Shown piece after piece: positions 28,322-39,130 of a stretch of 64,000 nt of DNA. Position numbers and translations under genes: made by a program. The stretch is from NCBI GenBank assembly GCA_963666055.2, contig CAXWPH010000012.1, positions 224,001 through 288,000 on the forward strand, given 5' to 3'. The notes beneath the pieces were generated by a model that was not told where the DNA came from, searched no databases, and saw only the letters and a program-made list of their open reading frames with translations. This stretch comes from Acidobacteriota bacterium. GTDB taxonomy: Bacteria > Acidobacteriota > UBA890 > WLXD01. How positions within the stretch are numbered: the stretch's first letter is position 1; each line of letters opens with the position of its first letter.

Positions 28322-29812
28322 GTGGAACCGTGGGTAGTGGCGCTGTCGATGATCGGCGTCTACCTGGTGATGACGTTGCTGTTGGGCGTGGTTGCCAACC
28401 GACGCCTCGAGGTGAACCTCGAGGACTTCCTGCTCTGCGGTCGTCGCGCCGGTTTCTTCGTCCTCTACCTCACGATGGTCGCCACCTACCATAGCGCCTT
28501 CGCGTTTCTAGGCAGCAGCGGCTTCTTCTATACGCATGGGATCGGATTCTGGGTTGCGGGTACCTGGACCCTGATGGCGGGCGCGATCACCTACGTACTG
28601 GGTCCTCGGATCTGGGCTCTGGGGAAGAAGTTCAATTACATGACTCCCGCAGACATGTTGGCCGACTACTACGAAAGCGAGCCGGTGCGGGTGGTGGTGG
28701 CGGCGGTATCAGTCGTCTTCACGATTCTGTACATCCAGGTTCAAGCCCAGGGACTCGGCTACATCATCAGCGCTGCCTCCGGCGATCGGGTCTCGTTTGA
28801 GGTCGCCACTGCGGTGTTGCTGATCGTGGCCGCGACCTACCTCATGGCCGGTGGCCTGCGCGCCGTCTACTGGACCGATGTGTTGCAAGGCGTCTGGATG
28901 TATGTCGCGGTCTGGGCCGGAGCGATTTACCTCTCCTACGAGTTGTTCGGCGGGCCGCTGCAGCTGCTCGATGCAGTCAGGGAGCAGCGACCCGACCTGA
29001 TGACCATCCCGGGCCCACGCGACTTCTTCACCTATCCGATGTGGTTCGGGATGATGATCGCGTTGTCGTTCGGGGTCGTCCTTCAGCCGCACATCCTGAT
29101 CCGTTACTACACCGCGGTTGACGCGCGGACGTTGAAATGGCTGGGCGCCACGATCCCGATCTTCTTGCTCACCTTGTTCATCCCCACCGCGTTCGTCGGT
29201 TTGGGCGGCGCGTTGGCGATGCCGGGCATTGCCATCCCGGACCGGATCTTCCCGGAGTTGCTGTTTGCCTACGCGCCGGCCTGGTTAACCGGGCTGATCC
29301 TGGCCGGGGCCACGGCCGCGGCGATGTCGACGCTCGACTCGATACTTCACGCCAACTCGGCGGTTCTTACACGCGATATCTATCAGCGCTACGTACGCCC
29401 TGACGCCGATGTGGGCCACTACGTCACCGTGAGCCGAGTGTTCATTGTCGGGTTCCTGGTAATCGGCTACATCCTCAGCGTCTACACGTTCGAGTACCTG
29501 GTGATCCTGGTGACGCTTTCGGGCGCCGGGGCGTTGCAGCTCTTGCCGGCAGTGCTCGGCGTCACCTTCCCGGCGCGCATCCGACTCACTGCGACCGGCG
29601 TGCTCGCAGGCATCGGGGTCGGCCTGGCAGTGCTGTTCCTCACCCTGGTCGTCTGGCCCCACCCACTGACCCTCCACGGTGGGGTGTGGGCGCTGCTGGC
29701 GAACGGCCTGATAGCGCTCTTGGTATCGCCCCTGAGCCAGGCCCCGTCCGCTGCCACCGTCAACCGGATACACGGCGCAATCGAAGAGCTTGTCTACGGT
29801 GCCGGCGAGTAA
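28322..29812 (+). CDS. Sodium:solute symporter family transporter
   Basis: 'ATYHSAFAFLG', 'GGLRAVYWTDVLQ' and 'AAAMSTLDS'. Confidence 0.93.
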   Translation: MEPWVVALSMIGVYLVMTLLLGVVANRRLEVNLEDFLLCGRRAGFFVLYLTMVATYHSAFAFLGSSGFFYTHGIGFWVAGTWTLMAGAITYVLGPRIWALGKKFNYMTPADMLADYYESEPVRVVVAAVSVVFTILYIQVQAQGLGYIISAASGDRVSFEVATAVLLIVAATYLMAGGLRAVYWTDVLQGVWMYVAVWAGAIYLSYELFGGPLQLLDAVREQRPDLMTIPGPRDFFTYPMWFGMMIALSFGVVLQPHILIRYYTAVDARTLKWLGATIPIFLLTLFIPTAFVGLGGALAMPGIAIPDRIFPELLFAYAPAWLTGLILAGATAAAMSTLDSILHANSAVLTRDIYQRYVRPDADVGHYVTVSRVFIVGFLVIGYILSVYTFEYLVILVTLSGAGALQLLPAVLGVTFPARIRLTATGVLAGIGVGLAVLFLTLVVWPHPLTLHGGVWALLANGLIALLVSPLSQAPSAATVNRIHGAIEELVYGAGE

Positions 29813-29815
29813 GTC

Positions 29816-31795
29816 GTGAACAGGCTTGTGATCGGCATCGATACCGGCGGCACCTTCACGGACTTTGTCCTCATGAAGGACGGCAAGGTCCGCGTCCACA
29901 AAGAGCCTTCCACACCCGATAATCCAGCCGCTGCGATCCTCAGCGGGCTTCGAGAGATGGGCGTTGACGGCGTCGAGATCGTTCATGGGTCGACGGTGGC
30001 GACGAACGCCTTGCTCGAGCGACGTGGCGCCCGCGTCGCCTTGGTCACGACGGCCGGATTCGAGGACGTACTCGAGATCGGCCGGCAGACGCGCCCGGCG
30101 ATCTATGAGCTGGGCGTGACCAAGCCGGCGCCGCTGGTAGCCGCGGGCGACCGCTTCGGGGTGCGCGAGCGCCTCGACCCACAGGGCGCCATCGTCGAGG
30201 CCGTCGATCCCGACAGCGTCGCCGCGGTCACCGATCGCATCGCTGAGGGCAACTACGATTCCGCGGCGATCTGCCTGTTGCATGCCTACGCCAATCCGGC
30301 ACACGAGCGGGCGGTGCTGAGCGCCCTCGCCGACAGGTTCGCGGGGTTCATCACGGCATCGCACCAGGTCGTTCCGGAGTTCCGCGAGTACGAGCGCACC
30401 AGTACCACCGTCGCCAATGCGTACGTCGGCCCGATCATGCGACGGTACCTCGGACAGCTGGCCGACCAGTTGCCGGGATCGCCGATCCGAATCATGCAGT
30501 CGAACGGTGGCTCGATCTCGCTGCAGTCAGCGCAGCGAGCGGCGATTCAGACGGTGCTGTCGGGACCCGCGGGCGGCGTTGTCGGCGGCGCCGAGATCGG
30601 GCGGCTGGCCGGCTTCCCCAACAGCATTACCTTCGACATGGGGGGCACGAGCACCGATGTCAGCCTCTGCCAGGGTGAGCCCGGCCGCACCGCCGAATCG
30701 AGCATCGGCGGCCTGCCGATCCGCCTCCCGGTGATCGACATCCACACCGTTGGCGCCGGCGGCGGCTCGATCGCCTACCGCGACCCGGGTGGCGCCTTGA
30801 AGGTCGGCCCCCGCAGCGCCGGCGCCCAGCCCGGGCCGATCTGCTACGAACGCGGAGGCACCGCGGTGACGGTCACCGACGCCAACCTGTTCCTCGGTCG
30901 CCTGGCCCCGAACCACTTCCTGGGCGGCGGACAGCAGCTAGCCGAGGAACCCGTTGAGGCGGCGATGGGAAACCTCGCCGCCGAGCTCGGCATGGAGCCC
31001 ATCGAGCTCGCCGAGGGCGTCCTCCGCGTCGCCAATACGACCATGGCCGGGGCGATTCGCGTAATCTCCGTGGAGCGCGGGTTCGATCCGCGAGACTTCA
31101 GCCTGGTGTCGTTCGGTGGGGCCGGCTCGATGCATGCTGCGGCGCTGGCGCGCGACCTCGGCATTCCTCGGGTGATCGTTCCGTTCGCCGCGGGAATCCT
31201 CTCGGCGCTCGGCATGCTCCTCGCTGACATCGTGCGCGACTACTCGCAGACGCTGCTGGTCGCTGCAACAGCACTCCAACCCGAGGTTCTCGAGACAGAG
31301 TTCAGGAAGCTCGAGGCCAGGGCGCTCGAAGACTTCGCGCTCGATGGCCTGGATGCGGCCGACCTGCGCTACGAGCGTAGCGTCGAGCTGCGCTACATCG
31401 GCCAGGGCTACGAGCTCGAGGTGCCGATGCAGGCGGACTTCGAGGCGGCGTTCCATGAGCATCACGAGCAAAGGTATGGATACAGCGATCCCCAGCGACC
31501 GACCGAGGTGGTCAATGTCCGCCTACGTGTCGTGGCACCTACGCAGAAGCCGGCGATGGAGAGCGAGCCCCTGACCGAGTCCGACAGCACCGCGGCCGTT
31601 CTCGGAGAACACGAGATGGTCTTCGACCAGCAGACGCACGCCGCAAGGCTCATCGACCGGGACCAGCTACACCCCGGGAGCACATTCATCGGCCCGGCGC
31701 TGGTCGTCGAATACAGCACGACAACGGTGGTCCCGCCGGATATTCGCTGTCGCATCGACGGCCACCGCAACTTGATCATGGAGATCGCCCCATGA
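29816..31795 (+). CDS. Hydantoinase/5-oxoprolinase subunit A (ATP-binding)
   Basis: 'IDTGGTFTD', 'HGSTVATNA', 'DMGGTSTD', 'GAGGGS' and 'FGGAG'. Confidence 0.93.
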   Translation: MNRLVIGIDTGGTFTDFVLMKDGKVRVHKEPSTPDNPAAAILSGLREMGVDGVEIVHGSTVATNALLERRGARVALVTTAGFEDVLEIGRQTRPAIYELGVTKPAPLVAAGDRFGVRERLDPQGAIVEAVDPDSVAAVTDRIAEGNYDSAAICLLHAYANPAHERAVLSALADRFAGFITASHQVVPEFREYERTSTTVANAYVGPIMRRYLGQLADQLPGSPIRIMQSNGGSISLQSAQRAAIQTVLSGPAGGVVGGAEIGRLAGFPNSITFDMGGTSTDVSLCQGEPGRTAESSIGGLPIRLPVIDIHTVGAGGGSIAYRDPGGALKVGPRSAGAQPGPICYERGGTAVTVTDANLFLGRLAPNHFLGGGQQLAEEPVEAAMGNLAAELGMEPIELAEGVLRVANTTMAGAIRVISVERGFDPRDFSLVSFGGAGSMHAAALARDLGIPRVIVPFAAGILSALGMLLADIVRDYSQTLLVAATALQPEVLETEFRKLEARALEDFALDGLDAADLRYERSVELRYIGQGYELEVPMQADFEAAFHEHHEQRYGYSDPQRPTEVVNVRLRVVAPTQKPAMESEPLTESDSTAAVLGEHEMVFDQQTHAARLIDRDQLHPGSTFIGPALVVEYSTTTVVPPDIRCRIDGHRNLIMEIAP

Positions 31796-33402
31796 GCTTG
31801 CGGCCAACGGAAGCAGGCGCGGAATACGACCCCATTCAGCTGGAGGTATTCCGCAACCTCTTCCACTCGACAGCGGAAGAGATGGGCGTGGCCCTGTGCC
31901 GAACGTCTTTCTCCCCCAATATCAAGGAGCGCCGCGACTATTCGTGCGCCATCTTCGACGGTGCCGGGCGCGTAGTTGCGCAGGGCGACCATATGCCTGT
32001 TCACCTGGGCTCGATGCCCCTTTCGGTTGCAGCGGCAATCGAGGACACCAGCATGGGCCCCGGCGATGTGGTGATAGTCAACGATCCCTTCCGCGGCGGC
32101 ACTCATTTGCCCGACATCACGCTCGTCGAGCCGGTCTTCGTCGAAGGCGCCACCGAGCCGACGTTCTATGTCGCCAACCGCGCGCACCACTCCGACGTCG
32201 GCGGCATGACTCCAGGATCCATGCCGCTGGCGACCTCAATCTACCAGGAGGGCATCCGCATTCCGCCGGTGCATCTGGTGCGTGGTGGCGAGCTGGTGGG
32301 CGACGTGATGTCGATGATCCTGTCCAACGTGCGCACCCCGCGCGAGCGCGAGGGTGACCTCACCGCACAGATCGCTTCGAATCGCACCGGGCTGCGCCGA
32401 CTGCTCTCGATCGTAGAAAAGTACGGTCTCGACGTCGTGCAGGCCTACATGGGTCACCTGATGACCTATGCGGAGCGCATGACGCGCGAAGCAATCCGTC
32501 AGATACCGGACGGCACCTACCGGTTCGAGGACTGCATGGACGACGACGGCCAGGGCAACGGCCCGCTCGCCATCGTGGTGACCATCACCATTGCCGCCGA
32601 TAAGGCCCGCATCGACTTCGCCGGCACGGCACCGCAGGCGCAAGGCAACATCAACGCCAACTACGCCATCGCGTTGGCGGCCGTGTTCTATTGCTTCCGG
32701 GTCATCGTTCCGTTCCCGATTCCATCGAACCACGGAACGCTGTTGCCGCTGGAGGTGGTGGCTCCAGACGGCTGCCTGGTCAACGCCCAGGCACCATCCG
32801 CCATGGCCGCGGGCAACGTCGAGACCTCGCAGCGCATCGTCGACACGGTGCTCGGCGCGCTCGCCCAGGCAATCCCGGAGATCATTCCGGCCGCCAGCAG
32901 CGGCACCATGAACAACACCACGCTCGGTGGGATCGATCTGTCCGGGGCGCAATTCGCCTACTACGAGACCGTCGCCGGGGGGATGGGCGCACGACCGTAC
33001 GCGGATGGCCTCGACGCCACCCACACGCATATGACCAACAGCCTGAACACGCCTATAGAAGCGCTGGAGCACGCCTACCCCTACCGCGTTACGCGCTACG
33101 AGATCCGCCGCGGCTCTGGCGGATCCGGCACCTGGCGCGGCGGCGATGGGATTCGCCGCGACATTCAGTTGCTCGTTCCGGCGCAGCTGACCATTCTCAG
33201 CGATCGGCGCGTCAAAGGGCCCTATGGCCTGCAGGGAGGCGGCTCGGGGCGCCCGGGGCGCAACGTCCTCGTCAGTGGAGACGACGAACACGAGCTTCCG
33301 GGCAAGGTGACCAAATTGCTCCAGGCTGGAGACATCATCAGCGTGCGCACCCCTGGCGGGGGTGGCTTCGGGGCGACTGGAGACGGCGACGCCGGGAGCT
33401 GA
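31792..33402 (+). CDS. Hydantoinase B/5-oxoprolinase subunit B
   Basis: ATGA overlap; 'SPNIKERRDYSCA', 'NDPFRGGTHLPD', 'HHSDVGG' and 'TPGGGGFG'. Confidence 0.93.
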   Translation: MSLRPTEAGAEYDPIQLEVFRNLFHSTAEEMGVALCRTSFSPNIKERRDYSCAIFDGAGRVVAQGDHMPVHLGSMPLSVAAAIEDTSMGPGDVVIVNDPFRGGTHLPDITLVEPVFVEGATEPTFYVANRAHHSDVGGMTPGSMPLATSIYQEGIRIPPVHLVRGGELVGDVMSMILSNVRTPREREGDLTAQIASNRTGLRRLLSIVEKYGLDVVQAYMGHLMTYAERMTREAIRQIPDGTYRFEDCMDDDGQGNGPLAIVVTITIAADKARIDFAGTAPQAQGNINANYAIALAAVFYCFRVIVPFPIPSNHGTLLPLEVVAPDGCLVNAQAPSAMAAGNVETSQRIVDTVLGALAQAIPEIIPAASSGTMNNTTLGGIDLSGAQFAYYETVAGGMGARPYADGLDATHTHMTNSLNTPIEALEHAYPYRVTRYEIRRGSGGSGTWRGGDGIRRDIQLLVPAQLTILSDRRVKGPYGLQGGGSGRPGRNVLVSGDDEHELPGKVTKLLQAGDIISVRTPGGGGFGATGDGDAGS

Positions 33403-33460
33403 CAGCAGCAACTCGCGAAAGCAGCGATTTACGAGAAGACGACCAACCTAGGAGCTGACG

Positions 33461-36400
33461 ATGATCCGACCCCGCATCACGAATGGCCTCTGGAGACTCC
33501 TCCTGGTCGCGTTCGTCGCGACCCTTGGCGCCGTTGGCATCCCGGCACCAGCCGGCGGCCAAGCAGGCGGGGAAGCTTCGGCAGGCCTCGAGAGCCTGTT
33601 CGATACCGGGTTGATCTTCCAGGATCGAAACGGCGATGAGGTCGTCGACTTCGTCAATACCGGTATCGTTCTAGGCTTGGAACGCTCGGATTCCGACCTG
33701 GCCGCGGCGATCGATATCGCGGCGCGGCTCGGATTCGAGACCATGGCCATGGACATTCCGATACCCCGGAATGTGCCAGAGGGCAGCCTCGGCATCGTCG
33801 TCGGGCGCGGCGGCGCACAACGCCTCGGGCTCAGCGTACCGGCCCTCGACGAGCTAGAGCCCGGCGCCGGCCTGGTCATGCGGACCCGCTCACAAGGACA
33901 GGACTGGCTGGTGATCGCCGGAGCCGACGACGCCGGCACCCGCGCCGCCGCCGCAGCTTTTGCCGGTCGCCTGCCACACGTTGGTGCGGCCAAGGGCGCC
34001 ACGCTCGCCGACCTGACAACGGACATCGAGGCATACCTGGGCGACGAAGGGATCGTGGTGCAAGCGGTCACTGTGTCGACAATCCACGCCGAGGACAGCA
34101 ACGACGGCATCTTCTCCTCGGTAGACGTGGTCGTGCGTCTGTCCGCGTCCGACGCCGAAGGGGCGCGGACCGCCCTGATGGAGGTGCCAGCACGACGCCA
34201 AGCCAGCACCATGGAAGACGAGGATGAGGACAACGACGACGACCCATCCGAGCTGCTGTCGTACGCTGGTGTTGAGCGCCTGCACGTTGCGTTGACCGCG
34301 GCAGGCAGAGCCGCGGTCGATGTGGAGATCCTACGCGTAGAGCCGGAGGCTCCGTCACGCCCGACCCCAGCGCGTCCGGGGTCCGGCGGCAAGGACGACC
34401 TCGATCTATCGACGCTGTTCGACGCCGAGGGCTTGCTCGGAGACAGCGACAGCAACGTGATTCCCGACCGCATCGATGCGGTGCTGAGCGCCTCCGGTCC
34501 GGGTGTGGATGGAACGATCGATCTGGCTGCACGCCTCGGTCTGGAGTCGGCGGGAATCACCTTGCCTCTCGGTCGCACCCCGGATCAGATCGACAAAGCC
34601 GGGAGCGAGCCGACGCTGGTGATCATCGGGCTCGATCATCCGCTGATCGCCGACCTCGTCGACGACGGCAAGCTGGCGCCGGGGCGCGTCGAGTCGCTCG
34701 CGGCCGGTGAGGGGCTCATCGAGGTGGTGCCCAACGCCTTCGGCGACAAGCGCGCGGTGGTCGTTACCGGCGGCGACGCCGCCGGTGTGGCGCGGGCGCT
34801 ACAACAGCTGTCGGAGCACTTCCCCAACCTGTCGGAGCGCGGCCAGGATCGGTCGACGGTCGACGCGGTTGAGCTGGCGGTGTGGCAATTCCTGTCGCAA
34901 CGCAGCCCGGGAGGTCAGGCGGCCGCCGCACTCTACAAGATCGACCGCATGGTCGAGGAGCTACAGGGGAAGCAGATCGACTCCGCCGAGGTCACGGTCT
35001 CGCTCGAGAAGATCGAGCCAGGGCTGGAAGCAATCGTACGTCAACGGCTCGCACCTCTGAACGTCGCCAACCTCTCGGTGCACCTGGACGATCGCGACGT
35101 CCAGAAGGCCGCCGTGCTCAGCGAGGAGCAGATCGACATCCCGTCCGAGGTCGAAGCCTTCTGGAACCGATTCCGTTCGCAGGTTGTCCCGGGCGTGCGC
35201 CGCGGCCAGCCGGTGCGAATAGAAGCGCGGCTCAGCGAGCCGCGCGAGGTGCGCCAACGGATTGCCCAACAAGCCCGCGATCTGCTGATCGAAGCAGGAG
35301 CCGACGCGAACGCCACGGAAGTAACCGTGCTCTCGGCCTTCAAGCAGGGCTTCTCGTGGCTACGTGAGGTGATCGTACCGGAGCTCCAGCGGCTGCAGTC
35401 GGGCGGCGCCGATCAGGCCATCGGCGGCATCCGCGTGAACTTCGCCGAGACCGGTCCGCCGGAGGACTGGCCGCAGCAGGCAATGTACAACAAGGTCCGT
35501 TGGCTCAAGGAGATCTGGCCGGTCGACGAGGTCATGGCGGCCGACCTGTCGCTGGATCCGGAGCTCATCGACTTCCACATGGCACCCATCGACGCCCCTA
35601 CCTACGAGGTCGTGGTGACCTCATCGAGTGGCACCGAGCTGTTGCGACGGACGTTCGAGCCGAAGTACGTGCTGCAGCCGTACTATGAGCGCTTCGACAA
35701 CTACGAGATGGTCCGAGTCACGACCGGCTGGATCACCGCCAGCAGCGGCGGCACCACGTTGATCGACGAGCGCATCGTCACCGACATCGAGAGCTTCTGG
35801 GACCACTACCAATCGAAAACGCTGCGCGGACTCTACGACCATGTCATGCAGATACACGACGGCAACCCGCGGAGCGCCGACGCGCCGTACTTCGGTGAGC
35901 TCACCGTCGAGGTAAGCCTGAGCGAGCCCGACTATCTGCTCGGGATCGACAAGGAGTACATTTCGTCGCTCGACTCTCTGCACGAGGAGATCTACTTCCC
36001 CACCCTCTTCTTCTTCCGCATCCTGGGGCGCATGGCGCGGGGTGAGGAGCTCAGCCACATCGGGCGCGTCATCCCGATCATGCGGCCCAACAGCAGTGGC
36101 GAGGGCGGCTGGGCGAAGATCCGCCTAACCGGATTCGCCACCAGCCGACCTGCGGTGGTGATCGACTATGCCGAGGCTGACGGCACCACTGCACAGCTGC
36201 GTCGCGATATCCCTGTGGTTGCGGTGGAACGACCTAGCGCCCTCGCCGCGACCGTGCGCGCCGGGCAGCAGGGCCTCGACAGCCTGGATCTGCGGGTCAA
36301 GGTGGACTTCGAGGACGACCAACGCGCCGATCTGTTGCAACAGGCCGACGAGTTCCAGGTCGACCGCAGGGTCATGAGCGCTGCCCAGGCGACATCGATG

Positions 36401-37756
36401 ATCGACAACCTCGAGGAGCTGCGCGCCAACGACCTCTATGACAGCGAGCTCGCGTTCCATGGCCTGGGCACGATTCGCCTCGCCGCCGGGTGGGAATGGG
36501 AGATCGATCGCGACACGCAGGCGGTCGCCACGCTCGACGCCAACGGCGCGGCGGCTGCCTATCCGACCATCGCGGCACTGCTTCCGGAGGGTGGCTACAG
36601 CTACGCTGGCGAGGAGATGGTGCAGTGGGATACACCCATCCCGCCGCCCGAGGGGCACGCCATCCTGGCGCGCATGTCGACGTTTCCCGAAGCGACGATG
36701 TACTACACAGGCCGCAGCTACCTCGGCAAGGACATCTGGGCGATGCTCTTGATGCCCCCCATCGAGGCCAGCCACTGGTCTCGCTACAAGCTCACGACGC
36801 ACAAGCCGACGGTGATCTACTCGGCCCGCCAGCATGCGAATGAGGTCTCGTCGACCAGCCACGTGCTGAAGCTCGCCGAGCTGCTGTTGACCGACGAGGA
36901 GTTCAAGAAGAAGCTCCTCGATGTGAACGTGATCATTCATCCGTTCACCAACCCGGATGGGGCCCAGCTGGCCTACGACCTCTACGAGATCACCCCCGAT
37001 TTCATTCTCCACGCCGGCTACCTCGGCGCGCTCGGCCAGGATGCGACGAACGGGGCTCGCGAGGACATGCCCATATATCCGGAGTCGAAGATTCGACCGA
37101 CACTATGGAGAACCTGGCTCCCGGATATCTTCCTCAATCCGCACGGGTACCCGTCGCACGAGGTGGTGCAGCTGTTCTCGGAGTATGCCGGGTTGGTACG
37201 TCGGGGCCGCATCACCGAGCGTAACTGGAGCGTCAATCGAGGCTGGTTCATTCCCGGCTTCGGCTACCTGGACGATCCCAAATTCCCGCGCCACAAGGAC
37301 GCTGCCTTCCGTATTCGCGACTACGTCACCCGCTACATCAACGCCGCCGAGGATGTGCGGGCGATGAACGAGCGCGCCTACGACCGCTACAACCGTTACG
37401 GAAGTGACTACGAGCCCATCATCTATCGACAGGACATGACCGATGGGGTCAACGTGCAGATGCCGCTCAAAGGCGGCCGATCTGGCGAAGGCGGCGCCTT
37501 CGGAGGTGGCTTCAACCCCAAGGTGACGATCTGGAACGGCGGCACCGAGGCGCCCGACGAGACCGCCTATGGCGACTGGATGAAGATCGTCGCCACCGCC
37601 GGTCTACAGTGGGACAAGGCGATCCTCGACTACCTGTACGAGGGCGAGCACAGCGTCGACCGCAATGGCACTAGCCACTGGGGCGGTGGCGTACGGCTCT
37701 GGCTCGATCGCCCGCGCCCGCCGAAGCCCGAGGGAGAGGACGAAGAGGAGGAGTGA
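33461..37756 (+). CDS. Large secreted protein with a C-terminal M14 zinc carboxypeptidase domain
   Basis: AGGAG RBS; signal peptide; 'RQHANE' (HxxE), 'NPDG' and 'NPHG' M14 motifs. Confidence 0.85.
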   Translation: MIRPRITNGLWRLLLVAFVATLGAVGIPAPAGGQAGGEASAGLESLFDTGLIFQDRNGDEVVDFVNTGIVLGLERSDSDLAAAIDIAARLGFETMAMDIPIPRNVPEGSLGIVVGRGGAQRLGLSVPALDELEPGAGLVMRTRSQGQDWLVIAGADDAGTRAAAAAFAGRLPHVGAAKGATLADLTTDIEAYLGDEGIVVQAVTVSTIHAEDSNDGIFSSVDVVVRLSASDAEGARTALMEVPARRQASTMEDEDEDNDDDPSELLSYAGVERLHVALTAAGRAAVDVEILRVEPEAPSRPTPARPGSGGKDDLDLSTLFDAEGLLGDSDSNVIPDRIDAVLSASGPGVDGTIDLAARLGLESAGITLPLGRTPDQIDKAGSEPTLVIIGLDHPLIADLVDDGKLAPGRVESLAAGEGLIEVVPNAFGDKRAVVVTGGDAAGVARALQQLSEHFPNLSERGQDRSTVDAVELAVWQFLSQRSPGGQAAAALYKIDRMVEELQGKQIDSAEVTVSLEKIEPGLEAIVRQRLAPLNVANLSVHLDDRDVQKAAVLSEEQIDIPSEVEAFWNRFRSQVVPGVRRGQPVRIEARLSEPREVRQRIAQQARDLLIEAGADANATEVTVLSAFKQGFSWLREVIVPELQRLQSGGADQAIGGIRVNFAETGPPEDWPQQAMYNKVRWLKEIWPVDEVMAADLSLDPELIDFHMAPIDAPTYEVVVTSSSGTELLRRTFEPKYVLQPYYERFDNYEMVRVTTGWITASSGGTTLIDERIVTDIESFWDHYQSKTLRGLYDHVMQIHDGNPRSADAPYFGELTVEVSLSEPDYLLGIDKEYISSLDSLHEEIYFPTLFFFRILGRMARGEELSHIGRVIPIMRPNSSGEGGWAKIRLTGFATSRPAVVIDYAEADGTTAQLRRDIPVVAVERPSALAATVRAGQQGLDSLDLRVKVDFEDDQRADLLQQADEFQVDRRVMSAAQATSMIDNLEELRANDLYDSELAFHGLGTIRLAAGWEWEIDRDTQAVATLDANGAAAAYPTIAALLPEGGYSYAGEEMVQWDTPIPPPEGHAILARMSTFPEATMYYTGRSYLGKDIWAMLLMPPIEASHWSRYKLTTHKPTVIYSARQHANEVSSTSHVLKLAELLLTDEEFKKKLLDVNVIIHPFTNPDGAQLAYDLYEITPDFILHAGYLGALGQDATNGAREDMPIYPESKIRPTLWRTWLPDIFLNPHGYPSHEVVQLFSEYAGLVRRGRITERNWSVNRGWFIPGFGYLDDPKFPRHKDAAFRIRDYVTRYINAAEDVRAMNERAYDRYNRYGSDYEPIIYRQDMTDGVNVQMPLKGGRSGEGGAFGGGFNPKVTIWNGGTEAPDETAYGDWMKIVATAGLQWDKAILDYLYEGEHSVDRNGTSHWGGGVRLWLDRPRPPKPEGEDEEEE

Positions 37757-37804
37757 ACCCGAAGGAGTAGCCAGGCACGCCCCCGATCGTCGGCTAGTGG
37801 GCCC

Positions 37805-39130
37805 CTAACAGGCCGACGGCAGCGTCTCGAGGGCTCCCAGCACCTGCGCGGTGATCTCGACTACCTGATCCAACTCGCTGTCGGAGATGACGAACGGCGG
37901 GCCGAACAGGATCACGTCGCCGTCGGTGCCGTTGACCATGCCGGTTCCCGGATAGACCAGTAGGCCCTCCGCCTTGCACGCCGAGAGCACGCGCTCGGTA
38001 ACCTGAGAAGATCGTGGAAAGGGCTCGCGGGTGTCGCGATCAGCGACCAGCTCAACCCCTACGAGCAGGCCACGGCCGCGCACTTCACCCACGTACGGGT
38101 TGTTCGACAATTGCTCCACGAGCAGGGATTTGAGGCGTTCTCCCTTGTCGCGCGACTGCGCCACCAGGTCGCCAACCAGCAGACGCTCGATCACCGCCAC
38201 GCCGACCGCGGCGCCGACGGCATGGTGTGAGTAGGTGAAGCCGTGCACAAAACCACCTTCATACAGTGCGGCCGCCACGCGCCCGCTGGCGACCGTCAGC
38301 CCGAGTGGCCAGTAGCCCGACGAGCACCCCTTGCCGCTGGCGATGAGATCAGGCTGCACATCCCAGTGGTCGACACCGAACCACGTCCCCGTTCTACCGA
38401 AGCCGGTCATTACCTCGTCGGCAATGAGCAGGACGCCGTGGCGCCGGCAGACCTCGGCAGTCGCCAGCCAGTAGTCATCCGGCGGCACGCTGGCACCGAG
38501 CGTCGCCCCACCGATCGGTTCGGCGATGAAGGCCGCAACCGTATCGGCGCCCTCCTCGGTAATGGCCCGGTCGAGCGCCGCCGCGTGCGCCGCGCCGCAG
38601 GCACGCGGATGCGTCGGCATCGGGCAGCGATACTCGTAAACCGCCGGTACGTGGATGGCGCTGCCGAGCCAAGGTAGGTACGGGGCGCGCAGCGGCGCGC
38701 GACCGCTGACGGCGAGCGCCGCGCGCGTGTTGCCGTGGTACGAGCCCCAGCGACTGATGATCTTGTGCCGACCATCTTGTCCATTGGCCAGGTGGAAGGC
38801 CCGCGCCATCTTGAAGGCTGTTTCTATCGCCTCCGAGCCCCCCGACACGGGGTAGATCGACGGCGACTCCATCGGCAACAACGGGGCCAGCTTCTCCCCC
38901 AGCTCCTCGAGAGCGGCGGTGGTGAACTCGGTGCCGTGTACGTACGACACGCGTTCGGCCTGCTCCAGCATGGCGCGCCGGATCTCGGGCACGCCATGGC
39001 CGACGTTCACCACCACGGCGCCGCCGGCGGCGTCGAGATAGCGGTTGCCGTGCTCGTCAGTGATCCAAACACCCTCGGCAGCGACCGCCCTCGGCATGCC
39101 CGCGGGCGCCCGTCGGAAGATGTGGCTCAT
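37805..39130 (-). CDS. Class III PLP aminotransferase (omega/beta-amino acid type)
   Basis: 'YLDAAGGA', 'SGGSEA', 'SYHG', 'DEVMTGFGRTG', 'SGKG' and 'HGFTY'. Confidence 0.92.
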   Translation of the reverse strand: MSHIFRRAPAGMPRAVAAEGVWITDEHGNRYLDAAGGAVVVNVGHGVPEIRRAMLEQAERVSYVHGTEFTTAALEELGEKLAPLLPMESPSIYPVSGGSEAIETAFKMARAFHLANGQDGRHKIISRWGSYHGNTRAALAVSGRAPLRAPYLPWLGSAIHVPAVYEYRCPMPTHPRACGAAHAAALDRAITEEGADTVAAFIAEPIGGATLGASVPPDDYWLATAEVCRRHGVLLIADEVMTGFGRTGTWFGVDHWDVQPDLIASGKGCSSGYWPLGLTVASGRVAAALYEGGFVHGFTYSHHAVGAAVGVAVIERLLVGDLVAQSRDKGERLKSLLVEQLSNNPYVGEVRGRGLLVGVELVADRDTREPFPRSSQVTERVLSACKAEGLLVYPGTGMVNGTDGDVILFGPPFVISDSELDQVVEITAQVLGALETLPSAC

